This document shows positions 1 through 7,892 of a stretch of 32,000 bases of DNA, one piece after another. Positions within the stretch are counted from its first letter, which is position 1. Each line of letters starts with the position of its first letter. The notes under the pieces are model-generated. The model ran no database searches. It was not told the origin of the DNA and was given only the letters and a program-made list of their open reading frames with translations. Made by a program: the position numbers and the translations under genes. The stretch comes from a bacterium (GTDB taxonomy: Archaea; Nanobdellota; Nanobdellia; Pacearchaeales; GW2011-AR1), in contig DAIQOR010000005.1 of assembly GCA_036787775.1 (NCBI GenBank), positions 12,289-44,288 of the forward strand, in the 5' to 3' direction.

Positions 1-206
1 GCCTCTTCAACCTCTATTCGCATGTAACCTTGATTAAATAAAACATATTTTAAATCGTCTAACTTGTAACCTTTCTTCAAATTTTTTTCAAGATAATCCA
101 AAATTTGTCTTAAAGAACTCGTGTTCCCAACAAGCATCCCTCGTTTCTTCGAATTAATTTTACAATCTTCGTACATTTTAGCCTCGCTATTTGTAATCAC
201 AATCAT
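1..206 (-). CDS. hypothetical protein, truncated by window edge
   Basis: Hand translation of the minus strand from an ATG at about 204-206 gives MIVITNSEAKMYEDCKINSKKRGMLVGNTSSLRQILDYLEKNLKKGYKLDDLKYVLFNQGYMRIEVEE..., open to the window edge. It is co-oriented with the GINS gene and about 30 nt downstream of it. It is absent from the ORF track because it has no stop in the window. Confidence 0.4.
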   Translation of the reverse strand, partial: MIVITNSEAKMYEDCKINSKKRGMLVGNTSSLRQILDYLEKNLKKGYKLDDLKYVLFNQGYMRIEVEE

Positions 207-237
207 TCTCTATTTAAAGATTTCCATAAAAATTTAT

Positions 238-795
238 CTAATCACTCGGAACCTTCTCAGCCTTCTTCCCCTCAACCAAAATCCTTGCAATCTTCTTCGG
301 CAAATTCGCAATCTGACCTTTATCATACGGTCCCATTTTCTCACCACCAATTCCCATAAACTCCGTAACATTTTCAATAAAAACAAGCAATTCATTCTCC
401 GCCTCTTTCTCTTCCCGCCCATTCAATAACTCATTCAAAACTTTATCCGACGCATCAATCGACTTCATCAACTCCTCAAACAAATCCTTCTCAAACGCCA
501 ACATATTCTCAAAATCCTGCTTCGAAATCCCAGTCTCCGAAGCAATCAAAATCAAATTCAAAATCTTCTTCTTCCTCGTCCGAATAAATTCCTTAAACAA
601 AATAATCGCATTCTCCAACTGCTTCTTCGTCTTCAAAACCATATCAGAAAACACATCGTCCTCCTTCATCGCAATCGCCTTTTTCTCCTCAAGATACTTC
701 GAAACGTCCGAAACAAATTTCTTCGGAATCGGTTGCAACTGCTGAGAATACCGCTCCTTAACCGTCGCCTCCCGAATGTCATTATACGTAATCAT
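238..795 (-). CDS. DNA replication complex GINS subunit (Gins51/Gins15-type: helical A domain first, beta-rich B domain last)
   Basis: 185-aa ORF. The N-terminus (REATVKERYSQQLQPIPKKFVSDVSKYLEE) and the C-terminus (FIENVTEFMGIGGEKMGPYDKGQIANLPKKIARILVEGKKAEKV) match my recollection of the archaeal Gins51 pattern (E...L..LP.DFY ... G.DG..YGP...GD...LP...A..L...G.A). A TATA-like box lies about 28 nt upstream. Confidence 0.65.
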   Translation of the reverse strand: MITYNDIREATVKERYSQQLQPIPKKFVSDVSKYLEEKKAIAMKEDDVFSDMVLKTKKQLENAIILFKEFIRTRKKKILNLILIASETGISKQDFENMLAFEKDLFEELMKSIDASDKVLNELLNGREEKEAENELLVFIENVTEFMGIGGEKMGPYDKGQIANLPKKIARILVEGKKAEKVPSD

Positions 796-842
796 ACAAA
801 AAGAAATGGCAAGGTATTTTTAATGATTGCTGTACTGGAAGA

Positions 843-1183
843 TTATTTAATATCGTTCAAAACTTCTTTAATCTGTTTCTTCAAAATAGGAATATCATTC
901 TTAATCACCTTCCATATTTTTTCAATATCTAATTTGAAATAAGAATGAGCCACAATATCTCTCATCCAACCATCTCCTTCCAAGGAACTTCTGGATATTT
1001 TTTTCTAAAATCATCCGGAACATTTCGAGAAGCCTCGCCAATAATTTCTATCGCTCTCACAATTGCATATTGTTTTAATTCATCTTCAGCCAATCTTTTT
1101 TCAGTCATTCCCTTGGAAAAATCCTCAACCTTTTCAATTGAATTCAAAATATCCTCAACGAAAAACCTCACTTCTCTTTTCAT
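843..1183 (-). pseudogene. hepT: HepT (DUF86) toxin gene split by a 1-nt frameshift
   Basis: The track ORF 962..1183 (73 aa) ends ...PEVPWKEMVG then TGA. In another frame, starting at about 965, the sequence continues MRDIVAHSYFKLDIEKIWKVIKNDIPILKKQIKEVLNDIK with a stop at about 843. This downstream piece carries the HepT catalytic Rx4HxY motif (RDIVAHSY). The gene overlaps the upstream MNT gene by 4 nt (ATGA). Confidence 0.65.
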
Positions 1184-1479
1184 ATTATTCTTACTTCTTC
1201 TTTTAATATTATTTTTTTAAGTTCTGGTCTAATTAATTTATATTCAACCAAATCAACTTTCTTTTTGAGAACATCCTCCAAATCAACCTTAATTCGCGCA
1301 AACCCTAACAAACTCATATTTTTATCGGTTATCTCAACCAAAATATCAACATCACTTTTCTTCTTATGTTCTCCCCGAACAAAGCTCCCAAAAATCCCCG
1401 CCTTCTTAATTCCATACTTTTTCAAAACACTTACAACCTTCGGTTTCAATTTATTTAATTCATTAATTTTACTTACCAT
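1180..1479 (-). CDS. mntA: MNT-type nucleotidyltransferase antitoxin (partner of HepT)
   Basis: 99 aa containing GIFGSFVRGEHKKKSDVDILV, which fits the minimal nucleotidyltransferase signature GSx(n)DxD. It sits immediately upstream of the DUF86 gene and overlaps it. Confidence 0.8.
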   Translation of the reverse strand: MVSKINELNKLKPKVVSVLKKYGIKKAGIFGSFVRGEHKKKSDVDILVEITDKNMSLLGFARIKVDLEDVLKKKVDLVEYKLIRPELKKIILKEEVRII

Positions 1480-1513
1480 GTTAAAAATAGAGAAAAAGAA
1501 TATATAAATTTAA

Positions 1514-2755
1514 TTATTTCAAAAATCCAACCTTCTCAAAAAGTTCCTTCCCCATAATTCTTCCCAAAGTTCCTCTCCGTGCTTCTCGCTCATTAAAATG
1601 TTTTTCTTTTGGAGGCGAATCGTTATAAAATAAAACTGGCACCGGATCCGCAGAATGATTTTTCAATTTGCACGGCGTCGAATGATCCGCAGTCACAACC
1701 ACCTTAATTTTATTCGGCGGGCAAAATTTCCTCAAAAACAAAAACAGCGTCTTATCAATATATTCCAACATCGCCTTTTTCTCCAATGGTTTATTATCGT
1801 GCCCCGGCAAATCCGTCTCCTTCAAATGAATATACGCGTAATCAAAATTCTTAAATTGTTTTTTCAAACTCTTCACCGAAAACTTACACGCCATCTTCAA
1901 CCCCTCATGCAAATTCTTGTAAGCATCAAGACCTTTCAACTTTGGATAATCAAAACTAAAATTCGTCATCCCGCACACCCGAGAAAACCCAATCTCCAAC
2001 GGCATATAATTCACAGACATCCACCTTCGATAAATTTTCAAAGCAGGTTTCTCAATCCCCGCACCCCGCACAAAAAGATAATTCGCCGGCAACAAACCCT
2101 TCTTCCTCCGATGCTCATTAACCGGATGCTTATCTAAAACCATAAACGCCTTCCTCACAAAATCATTCAAAATATTCGCCGTATACTGAGAATTCTCCGA
2201 CTCGTCCAACGCCTTGCAAATCCCAATTTTAATAAGTTCATGATTTTTTCCCTGTGAATAAGTCGCATCGTTCCCCGAAACGCTATCAGAAAAACCGCCC
2301 CGCAAAACCAAAACAGCCCGATGCTGATTCGTCGAAACAAAATCAAACTCGCAAGGAAGTTTAATCTTTCCCAAAGCCTTCGCCAAAACATCCGCCTCCG
2401 AAGTCGTCAAAGTCCGCCCCGCTCGCCTATCAACAACATTCCCTTTTTCAAGATTATCAATCGTCGCAAAATTCACTCTCAAAGCCAAATCGCCCCGAGT
2501 CAATTTCAAATCAGTCCCCCTCGCTTCCAACTGCCCCCTCGTCGAAGAAATCAGATCATTCCCGAAAATCGAAACAATCGCCTCATCCGACTCTGGCACA
2601 AAACCTGGCTTAACAGGATACATAAAACCCATTTCTCCCCGCGTCGCAAGAAAATCCATGTTCGGCGTCTTCGCAACTTCCAACGGCGTCCTGTCCCCCA
2701 ACAACTTATGAGGCAAATCCCCTGCACCATCCATTATAATAAATATTCCTTTCAT
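1514..2755 (-). CDS. apgM: 2,3-bisphosphoglycerate-independent phosphoglycerate mutase, archaeal type
   Basis: 413 aa. It has an N-terminal IIMDGAGD...TPL..A.TPNMD motif and a C-terminal VVTADHSTP...HS.DPVP motif, both typical of ApgM in the alkaline-phosphatase superfamily. Confidence 0.85.
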   Translation of the reverse strand: MKGIFIIMDGAGDLPHKLLGDRTPLEVAKTPNMDFLATRGEMGFMYPVKPGFVPESDEAIVSIFGNDLISSTRGQLEARGTDLKLTRGDLALRVNFATIDNLEKGNVVDRRAGRTLTTSEADVLAKALGKIKLPCEFDFVSTNQHRAVLVLRGGFSDSVSGNDATYSQGKNHELIKIGICKALDESENSQYTANILNDFVRKAFMVLDKHPVNEHRRKKGLLPANYLFVRGAGIEKPALKIYRRWMSVNYMPLEIGFSRVCGMTNFSFDYPKLKGLDAYKNLHEGLKMACKFSVKSLKKQFKNFDYAYIHLKETDLPGHDNKPLEKKAMLEYIDKTLFLFLRKFCPPNKIKVVVTADHSTPCKLKNHSADPVPVLFYNDSPPKEKHFNEREARRGTLGRIMGKELFEKVGFLK

Positions 2756-2778
2756 CTACCAAATCAAAGAATTCCAAC

Positions 2779-2798
2779 TTTATAAAAATTTATATAAT
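2779..2798. promoter_or_regulatory. back-to-back TATA boxes for divergent apgM and ftsY
   Basis: tttataaaaa (about 2779-2788) lies about 28 nt from the apgM ATG on the minus strand. tttatataat (about 2789-2798) lies about 25 nt upstream of the ftsY ATG at 2818. This spacing implies leaderless or near-leaderless mRNAs. Confidence 0.55.
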
Positions 2799-2817
2799 CC
2801 CAATCTCTTCAAATAAC

Positions 2818-3981
2818 ATGTTTGGAAAACTAAAAGAAAAACTCGGAAATTGGACAAAAAAATTCTCAAAGAAAGCAGAGGAACAAGTCGAAGAAAATAT
2901 TGAAGAAGTCAAACAAGAAACAATAAAAGAAATTAAGAAAAAATCAATCCAACCCGAGGAAAAAACATTAATCAAAACGCCCGATTTGAAAACTCCAGAA
3001 GAAGTAAAAATTATTCAAAAAGAAATTCTAAAAAAAGAAACTAAATTAAAACCGATCAAAGAAATCTCGGAAGAAGACCTTAAAGAAAAACCCGAGCCAG
3101 GAAAAGAATCTTTTTTCAAAAGAGTAACTTCAAAAATAAATAAAATAAAAATAACTGAAAAAGATTTCGAAATTTACTCGGACGAATTAGAAATGCTACT
3201 TTTAGAAAACAACGTTGCCTTGGAAGTCGCGGAAAAAATGGTCAAAGATTTGAAAGAAAGAATTGTCGGACAGGAATTTTTAAAAAAAGAAGTTGAAGAC
3301 CAAATAAAAGAAATTTTCAAAGATATAATCACAGAAATTTTAATTGAACCATTTGACATCGCTGAAAAAATAAAAGAAAAACAAGACAAACCTTATGTGA
3401 TTTTATTTTGCGGAATTAACGGAACAGGGAAAACTACCAGCGTCGCCAAAATTGCAGAATCTTTAAAAAAACAAGGATTAACTTCAGTATTAGCCGCCGG
3501 CGACACTTTCCGAGCTGCATCAATTGAACAACTACAAACTCACGGAGAAAAAATCGGTGTAAAAGTTATCGCTGGAAACTACGGCTCTGACCCAGCATCA
3601 GTCGGCTTCGACGCAATTCAATACGCGAAAAAAAACAAAATCGATTGTGTCTTAATCGACACCGCAGGAAGAATCCACACATCAAAAAATCTTCTAAAAG
3701 AAATTGAAAAAATTGCAAGAATCTGCAAACCTGATTTGAAAATCTTTGTTGGAGAAAGCATCACGGGTAACGACGCAGTCGAACAAGTCAAAACTTTCAA
3801 CTTCGAAATCGGAATAGACGGAATAATTTTATCCAAAGCCGACATCGATGAAAAAGGCGGAACAGCACTCAGCGTCGGTTATGTAACAAAAAGACCGATT
3901 CTATATTTAGGAACAGGACAAGAATATGAAGCCATAGAAAAATTTGATAAAGAAAAATTTATTGAGAAGTTAGGGTTGTAG
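2818..3981 (+). CDS. ftsY: signal recognition particle receptor FtsY
   Basis: 387 aa with a Lys/Glu-rich A domain followed by an NG domain. Motifs seen: GINGTGKTTS (G1), DTAGR (G3) and LSKADIDEKGG (G4-G5). Confidence 0.92.
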   Translation: MFGKLKEKLGNWTKKFSKKAEEQVEENIEEVKQETIKEIKKKSIQPEEKTLIKTPDLKTPEEVKIIQKEILKKETKLKPIKEISEEDLKEKPEPGKESFFKRVTSKINKIKITEKDFEIYSDELEMLLLENNVALEVAEKMVKDLKERIVGQEFLKKEVEDQIKEIFKDIITEILIEPFDIAEKIKEKQDKPYVILFCGINGTGKTTSVAKIAESLKKQGLTSVLAAGDTFRAASIEQLQTHGEKIGVKVIAGNYGSDPASVGFDAIQYAKKNKIDCVLIDTAGRIHTSKNLLKEIEKIARICKPDLKIFVGESITGNDAVEQVKTFNFEIGIDGIILSKADIDEKGGTALSVGYVTKRPILYLGTGQEYEAIEKFDKEKFIEKLGL

Positions 3982-3988
3982 AAGATGG
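3953..3988 (+). repeat. left copy of an imperfect direct repeat (ftsY 3' end plus following start region)
   Basis: aaaaatttattgagaagttagggttgtagaagatgg here versus aaaaatttattgagaaattgggattgtaatgaagatgg at 4792-4829. That is 3 mismatches and one 2-nt indel. Confidence 0.75.
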
Positions 3989-4728
3989 CATATTTCTTTA
4001 GTTTAATAACAATTTTCATTGCAATAATTATCCTAATTTTTACAATCATTTATTATTTCAAACACTTTAACAAACAAAATACAAAGATAGAAAAACTTTG
4101 GAAAGAAAGAAAAATTACAAGCCATAATCTATTTGAAACGCATAAATATAATAACAAACAGATATTAATACAACAAATCTCTCTAACTTTTACGGGATTG
4201 TTAATAATAACAACTCTTTTAATAGGACTTTATTCAACTCACGAGCAAATTAATATTGCAAACAAAAACTTAGAACAATTCAAAGAAACTCAAAGTTCAA
4301 ATTGGGCAGATGTAGAAATAAATTATAGAACACCTCCTGAGAAATTTTTTGTAGTTGATTCCAAATGTTTAGCAAACATAGATTGTTCAAAACATATAAG
4401 TTTAATTGCTATTAATTCTGGAAAAATCAACACAGGAGAAATTTATCTAGATTTTCTTCATGGAGACAATTTATTTGAAACTGAAATTAGTCCAAATACT
4501 TTCATGAATATTACTCCAACCTCTGCAAAATATCTTGATATAGAAATTAACCAAAAAAATTGCAATAAAAATACTCCTTCCTTATGTGATGAGACCAAAC
4601 TTCCTTCAGGGAGATATAATTTAACAATTCAATTCAAATGTGATTTTTGTAAACCAGAACAAAGAGAGGGCATTAATTTTATAATCCCCATATGTGTTTA
4701 TCGTTATTCATATTCAGATTGTAATTAA
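3985..4728 (+). CDS. hypothetical membrane protein (2 TM segments plus a Cys-containing extracellular domain)
   Basis: 247-aa ORF starting 4 nt after the ftsY stop. Hydrophobic segments: FFSLITIFIAIIILIFTIIYYF and LTFTGLLIITTLLIGLY. I recognise no family. Confidence 0.5.
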   Translation: MAYFFSLITIFIAIIILIFTIIYYFKHFNKQNTKIEKLWKERKITSHNLFETHKYNNKQILIQQISLTFTGLLIITTLLIGLYSTHEQINIANKNLEQFKETQSSNWADVEINYRTPPEKFFVVDSKCLANIDCSKHISLIAINSGKINTGEIYLDFLHGDNLFETEISPNTFMNITPTSAKYLDIEINQKNCNKNTPSLCDETKLPSGRYNLTIQFKCDFCKPEQREGINFIIPICVYRYSYSDCN

Positions 4729-4791
4729 TAATAACCTTTCCTTATTCGCCAAAGAAGAGAAATGTAATGAGAGATTCACAACAAAAAAATA

Positions 4792-4829
4792 AAAAATTTA
4801 TTGAGAAATTGGGATTGTAATGAAGATGG
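4792..4829 (+). repeat. right copy of the imperfect direct repeat (relic of the ftsY 3' end)
   Basis: It encodes a relic ...KFIEKLGL-stop identical to the FtsY C-terminus, within a short ORF MRDSQQKNKKFIEKLGL. Confidence 0.75.
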
Positions 4830-4848
4830 AATTTGGAAATAAAGAAAA

Positions 4849-5301
4849 ATGGTAAACAAAAATCAGTTTAAAATATATATTGATGAAGATTCTATTGAAT
4901 TTGGAGAACATCTAAAAGAAGAACATAACTTAAATGTAATTCTTCCCAAAAATTTTGGTAAAAGTATTCCTGATGAAGTCCAACTAAGATTAGCTAATTC
5001 TCAAAGAGCATTTATTCTTACAAAAAATAAAAAACATTTTTTAAATATGCCAAATATTTTTGATAAAATTGGAGATGGAGGAATAATTATTTGGAATACA
5101 AATAATTATCGAGATATTTGTGATTATATCATTTGTTTATGCGGATGGAGGAGTTTTAAATTAAAAGGTAAAATTTACATTCTAAATAATGAAGGAATTT
5201 TTATTCATTCAAAAGAAGGAAAGTCAAATATTAAAACGCATAAACCTTGTGAATTGTGCCAAGAGAAATGTAAAATCAGAGAAAGAAAATTTTTACCTTA
5301 G
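4849..5301 (+). CDS. hypothetical protein with a DUF5615-like (PIN-like) N-terminal domain and a Cys-rich tail
   Basis: 150 aa. KIYIDEDS..FGEHLKEEHNLNVI....GKSIPDEVQLRLANSQRAFILTKNKKHF resembles the DUF5615 pattern (F..DE...L...L...G..V......D..I...A.....l.T.D.DF). The C-terminus contains CxxxxCxC and CxxCxxxC. Confidence 0.4.
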   Translation: MVNKNQFKIYIDEDSIEFGEHLKEEHNLNVILPKNFGKSIPDEVQLRLANSQRAFILTKNKKHFLNMPNIFDKIGDGGIIIWNTNNYRDICDYIICLCGWRSFKLKGKIYILNNEGIFIHSKEGKSNIKTHKPCELCQEKCKIRERKFLP

Positions 5302-5321
5302 AGAATAACTTTTTTGCGAAT

Positions 5322-5945
5322 TCACTCGCTGAATGATTCCTCACTATAATCAATGTGTATTAAGTATGATTTTTCCAATTGAGCATAGTCCAACAATCTT
5401 TTACATTTAATTTTGTATTCTACATTACTTGGTTTTTTATCTTTCTCATAAAGCAACATAATAAAAGTTCCGAGATATCCTGAATTATAATCCTCTAATT
5501 TTTTGTTAAATTCAGCATTAAAGTCCCCGTCATAATATTCCAAGATATTACAAAAAGATTCGCCATTTGACTCTTCAGTAAAGATATGTAAAAATAACCA
5601 TCCATATCCTTCTTCTAATTCGCCACCCTCAGTATACTGATTAAGTGTTTTATATACTTTTAATGTTTCTTCACTAGGGTGTTTTGTGCCTATCTGATTT
5701 AGCCCATCTCTATCTGCATAAACATAAAAATCAAAATCTTCCAATTTGTTCTCTTCCTCATCACTATCACAAATATTATTTGAATTTCCATCTAAACAAC
5801 AAGAATTTCCAACTTTTATATAAGGAAAATTACAAGTTATTTCATTATTAGAATTATCGTTCGAATCAGGAATAAAAATAATTCCAAGAATAACTAAAAC
5901 AACCAGAACGCCAATTCCTACCAAAATATAATTTTCCTTTCCCAT
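5322..5945 (-). CDS. hypothetical N-terminally anchored extracellular protein
   Basis: 207 aa with one N-terminal TM segment (YILVGIGVLVVLVILGIIFI) followed by a Cys-rich stalk (CNFPYIKVGNSCCLDGNSNNICDSDEE). Confidence 0.5.
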   Translation of the reverse strand: MGKENYILVGIGVLVVLVILGIIFIPDSNDNSNNEITCNFPYIKVGNSCCLDGNSNNICDSDEEENKLEDFDFYVYADRDGLNQIGTKHPSEETLKVYKTLNQYTEGGELEEGYGWLFLHIFTEESNGESFCNILEYYDGDFNAEFNKKLEDYNSGYLGTFIMLLYEKDKKPSNVEYKIKCKRLLDYAQLEKSYLIHIDYSEESFSE

Positions 5946-6002
5946 TTAACTTACTTTAATATTATGAGTTAGCATATTTAAATCTTACTATTTCTTTGTA
6001 GT

Positions 6003-6245
6003 ATGTCTAAAAGAAGTTCATTTGATATAAAAAAGAAAATTTTAGAGTTAAGCAAATCTGAGAAAACATTTGCAGAATTAGAAAGAAAAATAAATACGGG
6101 ATTTAATACAATAAAATCTAATTGTGAAGAATTAGAAAAATTTGGATTTATAGAGATTAAAAAAGAAAAGAAGCACGAGAAAAATGGGCGTCCATTTTTT
6201 ATAATAAAAATAACTGAACAGGGAAGAGATTTTTTGAAAAAGTAA
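6003..6245 (+). CDS. small winged-helix DNA-binding protein
   Basis: 80 aa. KKKILELSKSEKTFAELERKINTGFNTIKSNCEELEKFGFIE looks like the HTH plus wing of ArsR/MarR-like wHTH proteins. It is convergent with the PIN gene. Confidence 0.5.
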   Translation: MSKRSSFDIKKKILELSKSEKTFAELERKINTGFNTIKSNCEELEKFGFIEIKKEKKHEKNGRPFFIIKITEQGRDFLKK

Positions 6246-6254
6246 AATCTTAAA

Positions 6255-6806
6255 TTAGCTCAATTTATCTAAAAATTGCTTTATCCCAATTATTTTTAAA
6301 TTAAATTCTTTTGATAAACTTTCCATTTTTCTAAGCTGATTGTCCTTCGTTATAAAAAAATCACATTTATTTTTCTTCGCTTGTAAAATTAAGATTATAT
6401 CCATAAATCCAAAGCCTTTTTTAGAAAGATTTTCTATTTTTTTAAAATCTTCCTTCGTTAAATCTTTAGTTTCTCTAATGCAATATTTCCATATATCAAA
6501 AACTGCTTGACTTACTAATTTATTTTCTTCCGAAGTTAAAAATATTTCTTTTCTTGCATCTCCAAATTCTCTCGTAGAATATCCAGATTCTACAAATTTT
6601 TGTTCCAATCTTATAAATCTAACAACATTTCTTAATTCAAGTTTACTCCATTGGCTCATAACATTAAAAAATTTCCCTGATTCAAAACTATCTAATAATT
6701 CCTCACTTCTCTTCAAAGGAATGGGAATATTTTTCTGTTTATCCCTTTTAGAATAAATTAAAAAAAAATTCACCAATACACATGTATCCAACATTACCTT
6801 ATACAT
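6255..6806 (-). CDS. PIN-domain protein (putative VapC-like nuclease with an insertion)
   Basis: 183 aa. It has an N-terminal MLDTCVL (first PIN acidic residue), an internal FMDIILILQA, and a C-terminal FFITKDNQL (the T.D motif). Confidence 0.5.
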   Translation of the reverse strand: MYKVMLDTCVLVNFFLIYSKRDKQKNIPIPLKRSEELLDSFESGKFFNVMSQWSKLELRNVVRFIRLEQKFVESGYSTREFGDARKEIFLTSEENKLVSQAVFDIWKYCIRETKDLTKEDFKKIENLSKKGFGFMDIILILQAKKNKCDFFITKDNQLRKMESLSKEFNLKIIGIKQFLDKLS

Positions 6807-6808
6807 TT

Positions 6809-6940
6809 TTACTCAAATAACTTACCTAAAATTCCTTTTCTAACAATTCTTTTTCCTTTTTTAATTTTAGGCTGACATTTCCCCCCATTTTTTTTAGGGG
6901 GCTGTTTTCCTTTTTTTAAACAACCCTTTTTTGTAGCCAT
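6809..6940 (-). CDS. possible small lysine-rich ORF directly upstream of the PIN gene
   Basis: Hand translation gives MATKKGCLKKGKQPPKKNGGKCQPKIKKGKRIVRKGILGKLFE, with its stop 2 nt before the PIN ATG. It occupies the antitoxin position but has no recognisable fold, and it may be non-coding. Confidence 0.2.
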   Translation of the reverse strand: MATKKGCLKKGKQPPKKNGGKCQPKIKKGKRIVRKGILGKLFE

Positions 6941-7072
6941 CTTCCCCTTTTCAATTTAATAATAATTTCCACCTTATAAATTTTCCCCATTTAATAACTT
7001 TCCCCATAACTCGCAACAGCGAGCAATTTCCTCAATAAAAAACCTTATAAAACCCTCTTCCGTTTACCAAAT

Positions 7073-7402
7073 ATGAAAAATTATTCTTATGAAGAAGATT
7101 TGGATATTCTATACATCTACAATAATCCAGAAAAAGAAAAAGTTATAGGAAACATGGTTTTAGGAAATTTCGTTTTGGATGTGGGAGAAAATGGAAAAAT
7201 TTTAGGGATTGAAATTGATTGTGCATCAAAGTTTTTTAAAATATCACCCGAACAATTAGGTAATCTAAAAACAACATCTATTGAAGTAATAAAATTTGGG
7301 AACATGATAACTTTAGGATTACTTTTGACAACAGAAATGAAAGAGTATCATTTTCAATTTGCAATGCCTCAAAAAAATAAAGCACCAATTATTTTTTGTT
7401 AA
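7073..7402 (+). CDS. DUF2283 family protein
   Basis: 109 aa. YEEDLDILYIY ... VLDVGENGKILGIEIDCASKF matches the DUF2283 pattern (YD.e.D.lYI ... D....G.i.GIEI..AS). Confidence 0.6.
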   Translation: MKNYSYEEDLDILYIYNNPEKEKVIGNMVLGNFVLDVGENGKILGIEIDCASKFFKISPEQLGNLKTTSIEVIKFGNMITLGLLLTTEMKEYHFQFAMPQKNKAPIIFC

Positions 7403-7775
7403 ATTCTCTCTTTAACCATTTTCCTACTTTTTTCTTTAACTTCTTTTCTTGCCTTGTCCAATCATAATAAGCATTAAAAAATTTAGGAGGGATTTCATCA
7501 AGATAAAAACATAAAACCAGAGTTTTTGCTTCTTCAAGCTTATACCTAAAAGAATACTTAAACCCCTTCTGTGCTGGGCGTTTGAAAACTCCAATAATTT
7601 TTTCAAATTGATAAAAAACTTTCTTCACTTCATCAAGTTCAACCCCATGTTTAAGATAACTATTTCGATTAAAATAAGGATGGATTTTAAAATATTCAAA
7701 CCCCTTACATTTCAAAAAATTTATTTTCTCAATCGCTTCCCCATCACTCAAAGGAATATCTACCTCGTTTTGCAT
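7389..7775 (-). CDS. hypothetical protein, BrnT/DUF497- or DUF4258-like toxin candidate
   Basis: 128 aa. FKIHPYFNRNSYLKHGVELDEVKKVF resembles the BrnT motif (W...K...N..KHGV.F.EA..VF). A later stretch, LVLCFYLDE....FNAYYDWTRQEKK, resembles the BrnT C-terminal strand-helix region. Its 3' end overlaps the DUF2283 gene by 14 nt in convergent orientation. Confidence 0.35.
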   Translation of the reverse strand: MQNEVDIPLSDGEAIEKINFLKCKGFEYFKIHPYFNRNSYLKHGVELDEVKKVFYQFEKIIGVFKRPAQKGFKYSFRYKLEEAKTLVLCFYLDEIPPKFFNAYYDWTRQEKKLKKKVGKWLKREFNKK

Positions 7776-7892
7776 TTTAATTCTAAAGAAAAAACAATTT
7801 ATAAATATGGGTAGGGAAAACCATAAGATCTAAAATGAAACTAATTTAACAACTTCCAATATCTCGAGCGACAGCGAGCATTTTTTCCCAAA

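Noticed and set aside
121-942. Track ORFs 121..429(+), 234..422(-) and 733..942(+) overlapping or flanking the GINS gene.
   Set aside because: They are antisense or alternative-frame to a gene with recognisable GINS motifs. Their translations are low-complexity (L/I/F/R-rich), as expected from the opposite strand of an AT-rich gene, and they lack a TATA box at -25.
945-1507. Plus-strand ORFs 945..1220 and 1265..1507.
   Set aside because: They are antisense to the HepT and MNT genes, which have clear family motifs. The translations are Ser/Phe/Leu-rich low complexity.
1655-2785. ORFs 1655..2137(+), 2167..2391(-) and 2321..2785(+) inside apgM.
   Set aside because: Their R/Q/I/P-rich translations are typical of out-of-frame or antisense reading. 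The apgM frame is full length with conserved motifs.
2790-3845. Minus-strand ORFs 2790..2975, 3174..3389 and 3618..3845 inside ftsY. The same applies to 8163..8504, 8961..9467 and 9290..9478 inside srp54.
   Set aside because: They are antisense to unambiguous SRP GTPase genes, with Ser/Phe-rich low-complexity products.
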